From: Phoronis australis
Lineage: Eukaryota; Animalia; Phoronida
Assembly (NCBI GenBank): GCA_002633005.1
Contig: NMRA01000692.1
Span: 11,933-75,932, forward strand
DNA length: 64,000 nt
Reading direction: 5' to 3'
The translations under genes were made by a program, and so were the position numbers. Shown one piece after another: positions 52,143 through 63,936 of the stretch (position 1 is its first letter; every line of letters begins with the position of its first letter). The notes below the pieces were generated by a model. It searched no databases. It was not told the origin of the DNA and was given only the letters and a program-made list of their open reading frames with translations.

Positions 52143-53383
52143 TGATCCAGGTCATGTGAGAAAGTACGTTTTTAGCTGAAGCCAGGTGGATGTAGGCTTA
52201 TGGCAGTTTTGAAATCATGACAAAACGAAAACCTTTCACTAATCAGCATTTAGCGATTCGTTGACGGGAAACGCCGGGCCCCTACATCGTTCGAAGAGAC
52301 AAGAACAAAGTTGATAGCGACCCTTGAGTGCCCAAGAAATATGTATAGTGCATTTGTCTAGTCTAGATGATCGGGTCAGCTCAATCGCCGTCCATTAAGG
52401 CTGACTCTCCGGCAGTCCTCGACTAACACTCTGTTTTTGTCTGCATGCGGGACGTTTTGGTCTCACGTCATTAATTTGGTCAGTTATTCGTGGCAGTTAT
52501 TCGCATTTCTTATACATCACAACTATAGGAATCACTCGGCTGGTCCCTACATTACACTGATGAGCGAGGAGAACTTATAGTCGGCAACATGAATTGTTCG
52601 TCATTACGTGTAATGGACAACACCGAGCGTCGTAATGTTAGAATACGAATAGAACACGAAAATTGTACTTTCATATGTCAACGGACTTACCTTGTAAAAC
52701 AATACCTACGTGCTAATCAGAGCAACGTTAAAGTTGTGGAAAAGGGTGATGGGTAAGTATAATGACCCATATTTTCCGCGATCGATTGTGAGTCAGCGGT
52801 GTACTGTGGTTAGCGAGAGAACACTCCTCATGCATGATGTTTATATTTCCGGGAGTAGCGGCCGCACAAATGGAACTGGGGTTTCCCCGTATAGCCTACT
52901 GGCTGCCCGTGACCGATGAAAAATCGTTTATGACAGTCATAAAAGATACTGATCAACTTAGTTTTCCATGTTATGAGAATTACAAATCGAGCAATATTTA
53001 GACTGAATTAATTACTGTTTCAGTGACCAGGACATCCAACGTCGAATAGCACGAACTAGTCAACTTGTCAGTCTATATCCTTCGTTTCATGGAATTGGAG
53101 TTTAATTTGAGGCAGTTCTGAAAAATGGTTACTGATAGAGTGCAGGCCCCACAGGATTTAGACCTTCTTACCTTAGGTCACGTGTAATGTTGTGAAATAA
53201 CAGTTGAATCAGCTAGTTGAAACAAACAACTTTGCTACGTTACCGACGTCTTCGTCACGATCATTATTGACAACTCTCTGGCACCCCGAACGACGGAGGA
53301 AACCGTGTAAACAAGTGTTCTCCGTGATAGCAAGTAGCAGCATATATTAATAAAAACAACAACGGATTTAGAGCGGCTCAGCT

Positions 53384-53424
53384 GACATGTTTCGGTGTCG
53401 TTTATTGAAACACCATCATCAGAA
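53384..53424 (-). ncRNA. Minimal hammerhead ribozyme motif of the Penelope-like element
   Basis: Minus strand reads CTGATGA-T-GGTGT(ttcaataaacg)ACACC-GAAA-CATG-TC: core boxes, stem II, palindromic CAUG loop and GUC cleavage triplet; stem I is weak. Confidence 0.6.
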
Positions 53425-54730
53425 GAAGAACAAAACACCGTGGCCACCTTCGTTGCCAGGCAAAACAACAAGTAATGAAACACAGACACAGCCAGTTACA
53501 GCTGGGAGTAATAGCTATATAGACCAACGGTTGAATGACAACTGTTGTGTGCCAGTTGAGACTGGAATTCCACACCTGATGTGTAGAGCCTCACCAATTT
53601 TAAGCTCCTTTGTTGTTTCTGCTTGGTCTATATAGCAAAGTCAGTGAAAGAGCATTGCTTGATAACAATGATTGGAGCTGTGCAAATGAATATTAGCATG
53701 TGAACCTCTGTCAGAATTTAGAGGTTCCCTGGTCAGGGTTTTCAAATGGCGAACACTTTCGCCTATATAACTGGAGCCACATCCAGCACAGATAAATTCT
53801 CGTACACTACCCTGGACCGTAGACCCATCGAAATTTTGTCCCTTAGGATTATTTAAATTAGACAATTTCATAGAGACTTGATTGTTAATACAACTCTTAA
53901 GTTAACACAGGAATCATTCATTAATTTGTTGATTTTTCGTTGAGCAATCTTGGCGTAAACTGAAAATCAACATAGGGTATTTTAAAGTACTTGTAGTTAG
54001 TTTTGTCTACATGATGAATATCATCAGGGTTACGTAGGAGTCATGCTTTCAGTACCCTATTGACTAATTCTAGGGGATAGCCATTCTTTTGCAAATTCGT
54101 TATAAGTTATAACTTCTTTCAACATTAGAATCAAATCTAGCCCAAGTGTTGTTAATGCGATATACCCTGTTTCAGTATTAGAATTTTAATGAGACCCACT
54201 TTATAAACAAAAGATGTGAAGCTATATGAAATCAAGTGTACAGTCCTGTGTAGGTCTTCTTATGAAGTGTTGGTGTTTCCACTGAGGTACCCTCACGCTC
54301 CACTAACACGTCCAGAAATGACCACGTAGTCGACCTCTAATTCTATACTGAATTTCAAGTTAGGATGCCTCGAGTTTAAATATACCAAAAATTCTTGGGC
54401 TGACTGCTGACTTTCAAATATACAAAACACATAATCCACAAATCGTTGGTAGAGATAGACCTGAGGACCAGTGTACGTCTCAATCCATGTTTTCTCATGA
54501 CCTAAAAACACGCCGTCTAGTAAAGTGGGAGCCGAAGGCGAACCATTTGCTATACTATCAATTTGGTTGAATACCTCCCATTAAATATGAAATGGATTTT
54601 GTGGCAAATTTAAGTAGCTCTATGAGTTCAGCTCGAGTAATTTTTACACTGGGATCGTTTTTATTATACAGTCAGTAGCCAAAGACATGCATTCGTTCTG
54701 ATGATGGTGTTTTAGTAAACGACACCAAAG
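53384..54730 (-). mobile_element. Penelope-like retroelement remnant (RT plus GIY-YIG), degenerate, flanked by inverted terminal repeat segments
   Basis: RT fragments YQRFVDY (degenerate YVDD) and LNSRHPNLKFSIELE; GIY-YIG fragment CAGCGSSYIGESVRHL; many stops and frameshifts; ~35-nt inverted repeats at ~53390-53424 and ~54696-54730. Confidence 0.85.
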
Positions 54731-55748
54731 CATTTGTTTTTTATTTATGTTAACAAGTGTGCTCGCATTGTGAGCGCATTCCAACTCGTCAAAGTGTCAT
54801 TCTCAAGGGTAATACACAGTAGGTCTCATATGTTTCAGAATGATGACCAAGTTCAAAAAACCAACTCTTTCGACTGTTTCCACGTACGCCACATGGGACC
54901 TCGAAGACTAATCTCGTTTCAAAACGTCACATGCATAAACTAAAGCGGCAATGTATAGTTCACATTGGGTCTTACTTGATAATGCGAATGAACAATATTG
55001 TGAGTCGCTACACATCAAAACCGCAATACCTGAACATAGAAACTTTATTTTGTTTCATATTTTTGGCCTTTTCACTTCCACTGAAAAGGTGCGACATGAA
55101 AAAATATATTTCAGGGTTTTTTGTGTTTTATGGAATGACTTCGATGTACATAAGTCACGAGACTTTAATCCTCGTTTGTGTTATCCTCGTTTTAGTATCC
55201 TAATTACATTTAGATGTCCTTTAGTATATGCTTATAAATTTATATGAGATTTGCATGCGTCAAGTCTAAGTATCATTGATAGAAGTGATTGTTTACTAGG
55301 CAATTCAGGCAAAAAGATGATCTTACTACTTACCCTACCAAACCCAACAATCAGTGATGCGTCGACCGTACTCTTTCAGTTTACGGTATTAATTTGTTTG
55401 CTTGATAACGGCGGCACTTTGTGCGTCGGTGTCAATTGTGCTAGTAAGGGCCGATTTGCAAATGATTTCTCCAAACTATAGCCAATGCTTCTAGTCGCGA
55501 GTCACGCCAACTGAATAAACTAACGCAAAAGCAGGTTAGAATCAAGACATTTAAATAGGGGGAGACTGAAAGCGTAAACGACTGATATACGACAGTGGTT
55601 TTGCCTTTTTTCTTACACAATAGTTACGGTTCCTAATTATGCTTGCCTAAACAATGGCGACCGAGTAGAGGTCAAGGGAATCCACGGGAAGATTCTAGGC
55701 CACTGTCTTCATTTATACCGAGGATGCCTTTCGTAGACGCAAGACACT

Positions 55749-56065
55749 CAGGGGCGGATCCTGGATTTTGAGTTAGGGGGACCAGGGCACAGGAATAACC
55801 AAAATTTTGCCACATGTGCGCGCCCAGCCTAAAAGTAGGGATGCAGGGGTCTCGAATTTTTGGGTTTGTGGACCTTATTATTAAACAAAAAACAGTAAAT
55901 GGGGTTTGTTCAAGGCCTATGCATTATGCATTCGCCCGCCAACTTAAGCCCCCCTAAGTGCGCGCATATGCTAGTCAGCAATTCGGACCTCGAATTGCCA
56001 AATGGTATCTGGGAGAATTTTAGGGGGACATGGCCTCCTTGCCCTCCCCCCTAAATCCGCCACTG
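55749..56065. mobile_element. MITE (CAG(G/T)GGCGGAT termini) with ACACT duplication and a nested second MITE
   Basis: caggggcggat / atccgccactg termini; acact on both flanks; inner catgtgcgcgcccagcctaaaa segment also seen at ~42899-43066. Confidence 0.65.
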
Positions 56066-56419
56066 ACACTAGCAATTGTTGTATTTCATATTTTGTGGAA
56101 CACTTTGTTTTGATTTTTTTGATTCAGTGACTTAGCGCATTCATAATTACACACCATAAAACCGTGAAATAAACAGTTCTACAGGGTGACGGGAAAATTC
56201 GCTTCCACTAACTTAATTTCAATTTAGTCGAAATCGCAAACGTTAAACTGGGGCGGGTTTGAAGACACAAGAAACTCTCGAAAAAAACAAGATGACAGAG
56301 GACCACGCGAGATCACTCGAACGAAAGGCGGGATAAAGTGATTAGTCGGAGGGGTTGGAATGTTCATAAGCGAAGACTTCCCGCTGCGAGTGCCACGCAG
56401 ACGACAGTTGTGTATTATG

Positions 56420-57021
56420 TTGCTCTCACGTGATGTCATGAACAGCGAAAAACATTTTATACTTACTACTGTCCCACGTCTGATATTTATTTCTGTCTTC
56501 AATCAGTTGCAATGTTGTTTCACGAGATCGGCAAACACCCACAAAAGTGTCCTATGTTAGTCGGCCTTTCTTACTCACGGTAACTCACACGCTTAGGTTC
56601 ATGCTGCCGCATGTGCACCTATATGCGGAGTTATGCGTATGCACCTGTATGCACGAAACACTTACGCAAAAATAAAGAATTATTTTTTAAATAGCACGTG
56701 AGAGTTATTGTTTGTTGCAAAACGTTAAGAGTTGCGGAACATTTGAGTAAAACGCTTAACATACAAAATACATACATGCGCAATATGTCCTCGTTAAATT
56801 ACCACGTACTGCTGCCCTCCCATTAAACTTTTTATGCCAGTCACATGACCCAAAAATAGAATCAAGAGTTCAACTGGCAGTCAATGGTCAGTGCTAGACA
56901 CACCTCCAATGCAAAATAAATACATTCCGTGGCGAATGACGACTTAATAGTTCATGTTGCGACTGTGTCAACTACCTGTCTTACGGGAAGAGGACAACGC
57001 AAGCAATGCAACTTGATTTAG
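56420..57021 (+). promoter_or_regulatory. Putative arginase promoter and non-coding first exon
   Basis: Strong donor TAG|gtgagt at 57021/57022; E-boxes CACGTG near 56427 and 56695, GTCACATGAC near 56840. Confidence 0.35.
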
Positions 57022-58212
57022 GTGAGTAACATTTTCTGTGGTATTTATCTTTTGTGTACAATGGTTTAAATTTGTTGCTTGCTGTTCCAAATCTTTCAAA
57101 TACCGTAAATACTAATGAATCCACATACATTGAAATCTTTCAAAAGTCCTTTAATTGTATGCGTTAACGTTTTTCAAGTTCATATTAGTCATCGAAGTAT
57201 TAACTAGTCAGTTATCATTTATCCTATATTAAAGATCACTGAATGACTCCAGTCTACACATTTTCTACTAGATTAATATTCTGTTCCATTTTACTTTTCC
57301 CAAAAAACAGGTCAATACATCGAAATATGAAAACCAAAAATTCGGCTAATTAGCGACCTTTTGAAACGTTAAAAATCAGTGTATTGTTGCTGTGTGTATA
57401 AAAGAAGACCTTGCAAATATCACGGGATCAACCGTTGGGTTACCCACAATCCCACGATGAAGTATTGTTTTCACAGAAATATATTTCTATGGTTGTTTTT
57501 TGTCAAAGACGAGAGCACACATCACGTGATCTGCCATCACACCCGGGTCAAAATCAAGGGACGTGTTGTGTGTGGTGGCGAAAGCATAAAAGCATATCAT
57601 CGAAATTTCTCTTGCTGTTCTGAAACTAGTTCGTGAAATGTTTGCAGATTTTTGTAAGGAAATATTAAAATGGGAACTGCCTTGGGACTGCGAAAGAATG
57701 GGTTGAAGTTAGTAACTAGCTCCAAGATTTTTTATGATAAAATGAAACAAAGTCGCTGGTAATCTTTAAGACAACAAGTCGCGTGGTGTCTTCATTATTC
57801 GTTGTCTCACTAGCGCGTTGTTCAAAAGGTGCCTTACTATGAAGTTCTTACAACTAGACTGTGATAAAACGATTGTATCAATTTCAAAACTGAAGCGAAA
57901 GGAAGTCTATTATTACCTGAAAACATTTTAAACTAGATATCTTTTGAAGAGGTAATCATTTCACCAAACATGTCACAGGAAATAGCTTTTGGTCTAGTAA
58001 ACGTTTCTGTTTGTTCGCAACTTACAGATAGACTGTCTTTGGCCTTGATAGTATCAGTGACTAAATGAACGGACGCAAAAACAAGGAAAAGAATACCGCG
58101 TGTACTATTTTTTCTGTATTTTAGCGGGTTTCTAAGATTTGACAATAGGTTCTGGGATTCCCAACCTACTATAAACAAACACGTGAGCGCGAGTATACTG
58201 AGCTTATAACAG

Positions 58213-58311
58213 ATGGGGCCAAGGAAAGTCGAAAGCAATACTCTACAAGGAGAAAATCAAGATAAACAACTGAACGTAGCCATAATTGGTGCTCCGCTTT
58301 CTCATGGACAG
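58213..58311 (+). CDS. ARG: Arginase first coding exon (MGPRK...[10 protein letters not shown])
   Basis: Strong acceptor at 58124, in-frame TAA just before ATG 58213, donor CAG|gtaagt. Confidence 0.85.
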
Positions 58312-61300
58312 GTAAGTGTAGAAAAACGATTTCTAGAACTGTTCTTGCAAGTCGTGTACATTGCTGTACCCTACACATAACGCAGTACAATAATTGTCTG
58401 CATTGTAAACCTATTGCTATCTTTACCACAATCTCACCAGGTAAATTAACATGTTAGCTATCTTGAGACTATCCTGATGTGAAATTCAGAGTTTTATTAA
58501 ACTCAATTTTCTGTTAAAATCATCTCCTGCACCCGAGTGGAGACTCCGCAGGAAAACTTTAGAACTTTTTGACTTGTGAGCGGGATCAATTTTTCAACAG
58601 ATTTTGCATTGTAGAAATCCCAACAAAGATCTGATGTATTCGATATTTCAGTCACGCACAACCGAAAAATTCACAGGCGCAATTTTCGTTGGCACAGTTT
58701 CTTGTTGATAGCGCGAGTGTCACTAGGTTAAAAAATGTATGAACAAATAAACTATACGCATAGGCACGTAAACAATAAGTATTGAGTCATGTTTCGAATG
58801 GTCGGAATACCAGACCACTTTTCAGCCAAATTTCTACATGTGAAAACGACACCTGATTGGCGACGCACCATAAGGAGGTGGAGGGGGGGCTTATTTCATG
58901 GCCTGTCCAGAATTATGTTCGAACGGTCGGTCTATAAGCGGAGCTAACAACAGAAATAAGCGTATTTAAAAACTGCTGAAAGTCATCGGCCGTGACAAAA
59001 ACAAAACAGCTGAATGTCTTAGCTCTGGTCAAAGTTAATATATTTAAGAAGTATTCCAATAAAGGTAATCCAAAAATACGTTTTTCTGTCCCCAAATCGT
59101 GCGTGACCTTTTAAATCAAAATAGTAAAAAGTTGTTTTGACAACAATAGGAAGCTGAACTATCAAAATAGTTTAGCTTCCTATTGAAACAATCATCGAAC
59201 TCTTTTCGGCCAACAGTGTTATCATGCCACATAGATGGATTGGGGGAGGTGAGGCCATCACTACCAACATACACCAATTAACAAAAGATTGCCGGCATGC
59301 TGTTTTTAGGGCTCACTGACGCGCGCGTTTTTCTTTCGAAAATTGTGGTTGCCCCGAAGTAAAAGTGTCAATCCCAAAAAATGAACCGGAATAATGAATT
59401 TTGAAGATCGTGCTGCACGAGACATTAAGCTATCTCGTCTAAAAAGGGACGTAGGACCTACAACATTCCATTTGAAGTTGAATTTAAAGAATTGTGAACA
59501 TCGGTTCCAATAAAATTGAAATAATATTCAAAGTGAACATGAAATCAACTTTTTTGTAGCCAAAGATAGGATGTGAAACTGGTCCTTCAGAAATTAGGAG
59601 AGCCGGACTGGTGAAACGCTTGTCGGATCTGGGTAAGTAGATACATGGGCGGTGCACCATAGAGAGCTGGGGGGCTATAGCACTTTTTCAGTGTTCCGGC
59701 GCCCATGGTCTATGGGTGTTGTACCACAGGGGGCTGATAGCTAGATAAACTTTATTTAAACTTAATGGCACATTGAGCCAAAACCTTCTGTCACACAATT
59801 ATAGATAGTAGGTAAGTAGTAGGTCCTACGGGTTGCTGTACCTATGGTCCTTTTATGGACACCAGAGTTTGAAACTACTGAGATTGGCTGGAGCAAGTCC
59901 ATATAGAATTTTCTACATGAGAAGTGCCTGTTGGTAACTGGCGAATTAGGTAGTCTTTAAACCTATCAGATGATGGTGATAGCAAATCACAATCAAGGAT
60001 CACCCTTTCAGCTCTCTTTTGTAAGTTAACAATTCTATCAATATTACCCTGAGAAGTATTACCTCATACTGAACAGCAATAAGTTAAGATAGGATTGATG
60101 TAACAATTACAAAAAGTCAATGAGGATGACGTGTCTAGGAAAGTCGAAGTCTTCTCAACTGAAAAATTTGATATCACAGATGTCTACAAGCATGTGAGAT
60201 TTAACAGTTCCAGGAGAGACAGTCGTCAATCTCTTCTCCCAGGAGTTTTTCATGACCACCGGTTTTAATATTAAAACCGTCTTTACAAATGTTTATACAG
60301 TCATTAGTCCTGGAGTTCTTTTCTCTGGTTTTTGCAGTGTTAGGCATCCTATTGTCAATAAACCATTTTGAAGTAAGAATAGCATCACTGTTAAGTTTGG
60401 TGTTTAACTCGTGAACTGATTTAGTGTATAATGAAGCGGCAGTATCATCAGCAAACATGTACATTGAGCAATGTTGAGTGGCCAGAGGTAAATCAAAAAT
60501 ATATATAATAAAAACATAAGCGGACCCAGAATAGACCCTGGTGCACACCAACCTTAAGTGGCAATTATTGGCTTAGAGTTTTACCAAAACTGGCTGACTG
60601 AGCTCTATCAGACAAATAGCAGCAGAAAAATCTAAGAGATTTATCAAAGCATGCATAAAGTTTATAAGTTTGGTTAGAAGAGTCTCGTGTCTTACAATGT
60701 CGAATGCTTTACGAAAATCAAGATATAAGACCCGAGTAAAATTGTCACTGTCCAGCTGGTGGTACCAGTTGTTAGATATTGAAATCAGAGCTGTCTGGCA
60801 CCAATGATGGGCTCTGAATACAGACTGGGAGTCTATACCTTAATTATGGTCTGTTAAAAAGTTTTAAAATGATTGTGTACGCGCCTCTCTATACATTTAG
60901 AGAGTGTAGGAAAAATCGAAATGGGTCCTCTTTATCTCCCTTCTTAAAGAGAGGATTAACTCTAGAGCGCTTCTAAATACACGGGAAAGGAAAGGATTTA
61001 ATGCTAAGATTGAGAATTTTTTCAGACAAAAGTGAGAGGACATCGGCACCAAATTTTAAAAAATTAGCGCTAATGTCATCCAGTCCCAATGACCTACATA
61101 GCATTGTTTTTCGAAAACCAGATGCAGTGTATTAGATTCATAGAAATTGTAACTATGATTGTGAATAATTAATTGGTCCATTCGTCATATGCACCTTAAG
61201 GCGTAACTGTTGAGTAAATTGTTGATTTTTTATTTCAGGTGTTAATGTAAAAGACACGGGTGACGTGGCATGTCCTGATTTAGCTGGGGACTGTACCTAC

Positions 61301-63936
61301 GGTGTAGTGAAAAAGCCACGATCTGTTGGAGTATCCAACAAAAATGTGAGGTCAAAAGATGTTATGATACATTTCATCAGACAATGGAAGCTAAAGTGTT
61401 TTAAAAAATGTCGATTTCTACCTATGGTCTGACTTCATTCGATGCGATAACAGAAATTAGTTTTTAAACTAAGTATTTGTCATCGCTTTTAGAAATAAAT
61501 ACCAACAAAGTGGAGAGCTGATGAATCAAAACTTATTCATCTATGCACTATTGTAAACACTTAGTCTGCCGCAAAGCTTCACATAACAACGACGGCAGGA
61601 TAACTTGCGATTCGTCAATCATAATGCTGAGAACAGGTGCTTACTAAAAATTATGACGTAAGACACGATGAAGCGGAATTTCAAAGGAAAACTCATATGT
61701 TTTCCAATAGAAACCCCTTAACACAGTGTTAAAGTTTTCCAATTCGTGAAATGCTGGAAGCAAAGTATTTTTGAAGGTTAGCTTACCAAAAGATTTAAGT
61801 AAAAGATTTATATAAATTAAATAGCTTCAGTGAAGACATACCAAAAGATCACATTCTACCATTATTGATGAACATTTTTAAAGGCGAAGGCAACCTTTTT
61901 CCATGTCATTTTGAGCTAAAACAAGGTTGGTTGGTTATCCTAGACATATTTTCCACTTAATTACAGCTTTTCGTAATTTTATTAATTACTCGACCGCTAC
62001 TGCGGAAGTGACGTTTTAGGAGGCAAGCNNNNNNNNNNNNNNNNNNNNNNNNNNNNNNNNNNNNNNNNNNNNNNNNNNNNNNNNNNNNNNNNNNNNNNNN
62101 NNNNNNNNNNNNNNNNNNNNNNNNNNNNNNNNNNNNNNNNNNNNNNNNNNNNNNNNNNNNNNNNNNNNNNNNNNNNNNNNNNNNNNNNNNNNNNNNNNNN
62201 NNNNNNNNNNNNNNNNNNNNNNNNNNNNNNNNNNNNNNNNNNNNNNNNNNNNNNNNNNNNNNNNNNNNNNNNNNNNNNNNNNNNNNNNNNNNNNNNNNNN
62301 NNNNNNNNNNNNNNNNNNNNNNNNNNNNNNNNNNNNNNNNNNNNNNNNNNNNNNNNNNNNNNNNNNNNNNNNNNNNNNNNNNNNNNNNNNNNNNNNNNNN
62401 NNNNNNNNNNNNNNNNNNNNNNNNNNNNNNNNNNNNNNNNNNNNNNNNNNNNNNNNNNNNNNNNNNNNNNNNNNNNNNNNNNNNNNNNNNNNNNNNNNNN
62501 NNNNNNNGGTACGCAGCAACAGTGTGGCATGTTGACTGACTAGTAAATGAAAGCAAACGACGACGGAACTTAACACAACCGAGGTAGAACAATGACTGAC
62601 TCGGCAGCTCTCACAGTCAGACTATATGAAAAGAAATTGGCGCGAAATGCTTGCCTCCTAAAACGTCACTTCCGCAGTAGCGGACGAGTAATTAATAAAA
62701 TTACGAAAACCTGTAATTAAGTGGAAAATATGTCCAGGATAACCAACCAACCTTATTTTAGCTCAAAATGACATGGAAAAAGGTTGCCTTCGCCTTTAAA
62801 TTCAAAGCGCGACATGGTTCAAGCTGGTCCCAAGGGACATAAAATCACACTTACTTCTAGGTTTCAAAAAAAGTATACGAAGCAAGTTCCTCGGGACAAA
62901 TGCCCCTCATTCTTGGAGGTGACCACTCCCTCGCCATTGGCAGTATTCGCGGACATTTGAAAGCGAAACCAGACGCATGCGTTGTATGGGTTGATGCGCA
63001 CGCCGATGTCAATACACCTCTTACGTCATCCAGCGGGAACATTCATGGGATGCCCTTGTCTTTCCTGCTTCATGAATTGAAAGACTTCGTTCCAAGACTT
63101 CCTGGATTTGAATGGCTGGACACAGTGTAAGTAGAAATACTGATATCTGATTAACCGTGTTCCTCGCCACGTTGAGGACACAGTGTGAGTAGAGATTCTA
63201 TTGTCTCCGGAGACAGTGAACACCTCTTCGACCGGCCTTCGAGACGGCGAAGCTCCTGTAATCGCTTCATACGCCGAAGGCTTTTCGGGGGAATTATGCC
63301 TCACAGTAATTAAAACATCAAGGTCATGTTGTTACAAGTACCTGCTGAGCATAGACGATACCATAGGAGACCGTCGATGTCACTAATTCATTCCAACTCA
63401 CACAAATACTCCCGTAATCAAACTTTTTCTTCGAGCAGTCCTTCCTTCAGGTGCCCAAATCGGCAACTGGCCAATTTAACACTGCACGTGCCAGGAGATA
63501 TGATTCCGTGCATGTGCATAGAGCAACATGTGGGGGACAGTGATTCCGTGTTCATTAGCAACATATAGGGGACAATGATTCCGTGTTCATTTGCAACATG
63601 TATAGGGGAACCTGGGGACAGTGATTCTGAGTGAGGTACCCATAATAGATCTCGTCTCAGTATGTACATTGACATTTTTCTTTGCCCCACGTTTTAAAAC
63701 ATACCAAAATATCACGGCGGATGAAATTTTACTTCAAACTTGTCTCCACTGATTTGCATGACATCTCTTTTCAGTTTAAGCACCAACAGCTTGGCTTACA
63801 TTGGTCTTCGGGATGTGGACCCAGGCGAGGCCTACATTATGGAAAAGTTTGAGATTCCTAATTTCTCAATGCACGAAGTGGACAAATTCGGGATCCATTA
63901 TTGCGTCAGAAGATCTCTGGAGCTAATAAATCCAAG
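58213..63936 (+). CDS. ARG: Arginase (Mn-dependent ureohydrolase), spliced gene, continues beyond window end
   Basis: In-phase exons 58213-58311, 59560-59632, 61239-61345, 62861-63126, 63775-63936; motifs [46 protein letters not shown]. Confidence 0.95.
59560..59632 (+). CDS. ARG: Arginase exon ([24 protein letters not shown])
   Basis: ttttttgtag| ... G|gtaagt, 73 nt. Confidence 0.9.
59745..61120 (-). mobile_element. 5'-truncated non-LTR retrotransposon (CR1/L2-group) RT remnant in an arginase intron
   Basis: LDFRKAFD-like and GSILGP-like segments, [20 protein letters not shown]; AATAAA-type 3' end near 59750; ends approximate. Confidence 0.85.
61239..61345 (+). CDS. ARG: Arginase exon (VNVKDTGDV...[11 protein letters not shown])
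   Basis: tttttatttcag| ... AAT|gtgagg, phase 1 to 0. Confidence 0.9.
61882..62795. mobile_element. Kolobok-type MITE (TTAA TSD, AG...CT ends, ~147-bp TIRs), gap inside
   Basis: ttaa|aggcgaagg ... ccttcgcct|ttaa; near-perfect long inverted arms. Confidence 0.8.
62861..63126 (+). CDS. ARG: Arginase catalytic exon (GGDHS, DAHAD, GNIHG)
   Basis: ttacttctag| ... GT|gtaagt; Mn-ligand motifs intact. Confidence 0.97.
63500..63630. repeat. Degenerate ~38-bp tandem repeat in an arginase intron
   Basis: ggggaca(g/a)tgattccgtgttcatt..caacat units. Confidence 0.7.
63775..63936 (+). CDS. ARG: Arginase exon ([13 protein letters not shown]...ELINP)
   Basis: ctcttttcag| ... AG|gtacat, phase 2 to 2. Confidence 0.93.

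Noticed and set aside
52548-52615. CTGATGA within a hairpin, possible hammerhead
   Set aside because: No GAAA box or stem II/III geometry.
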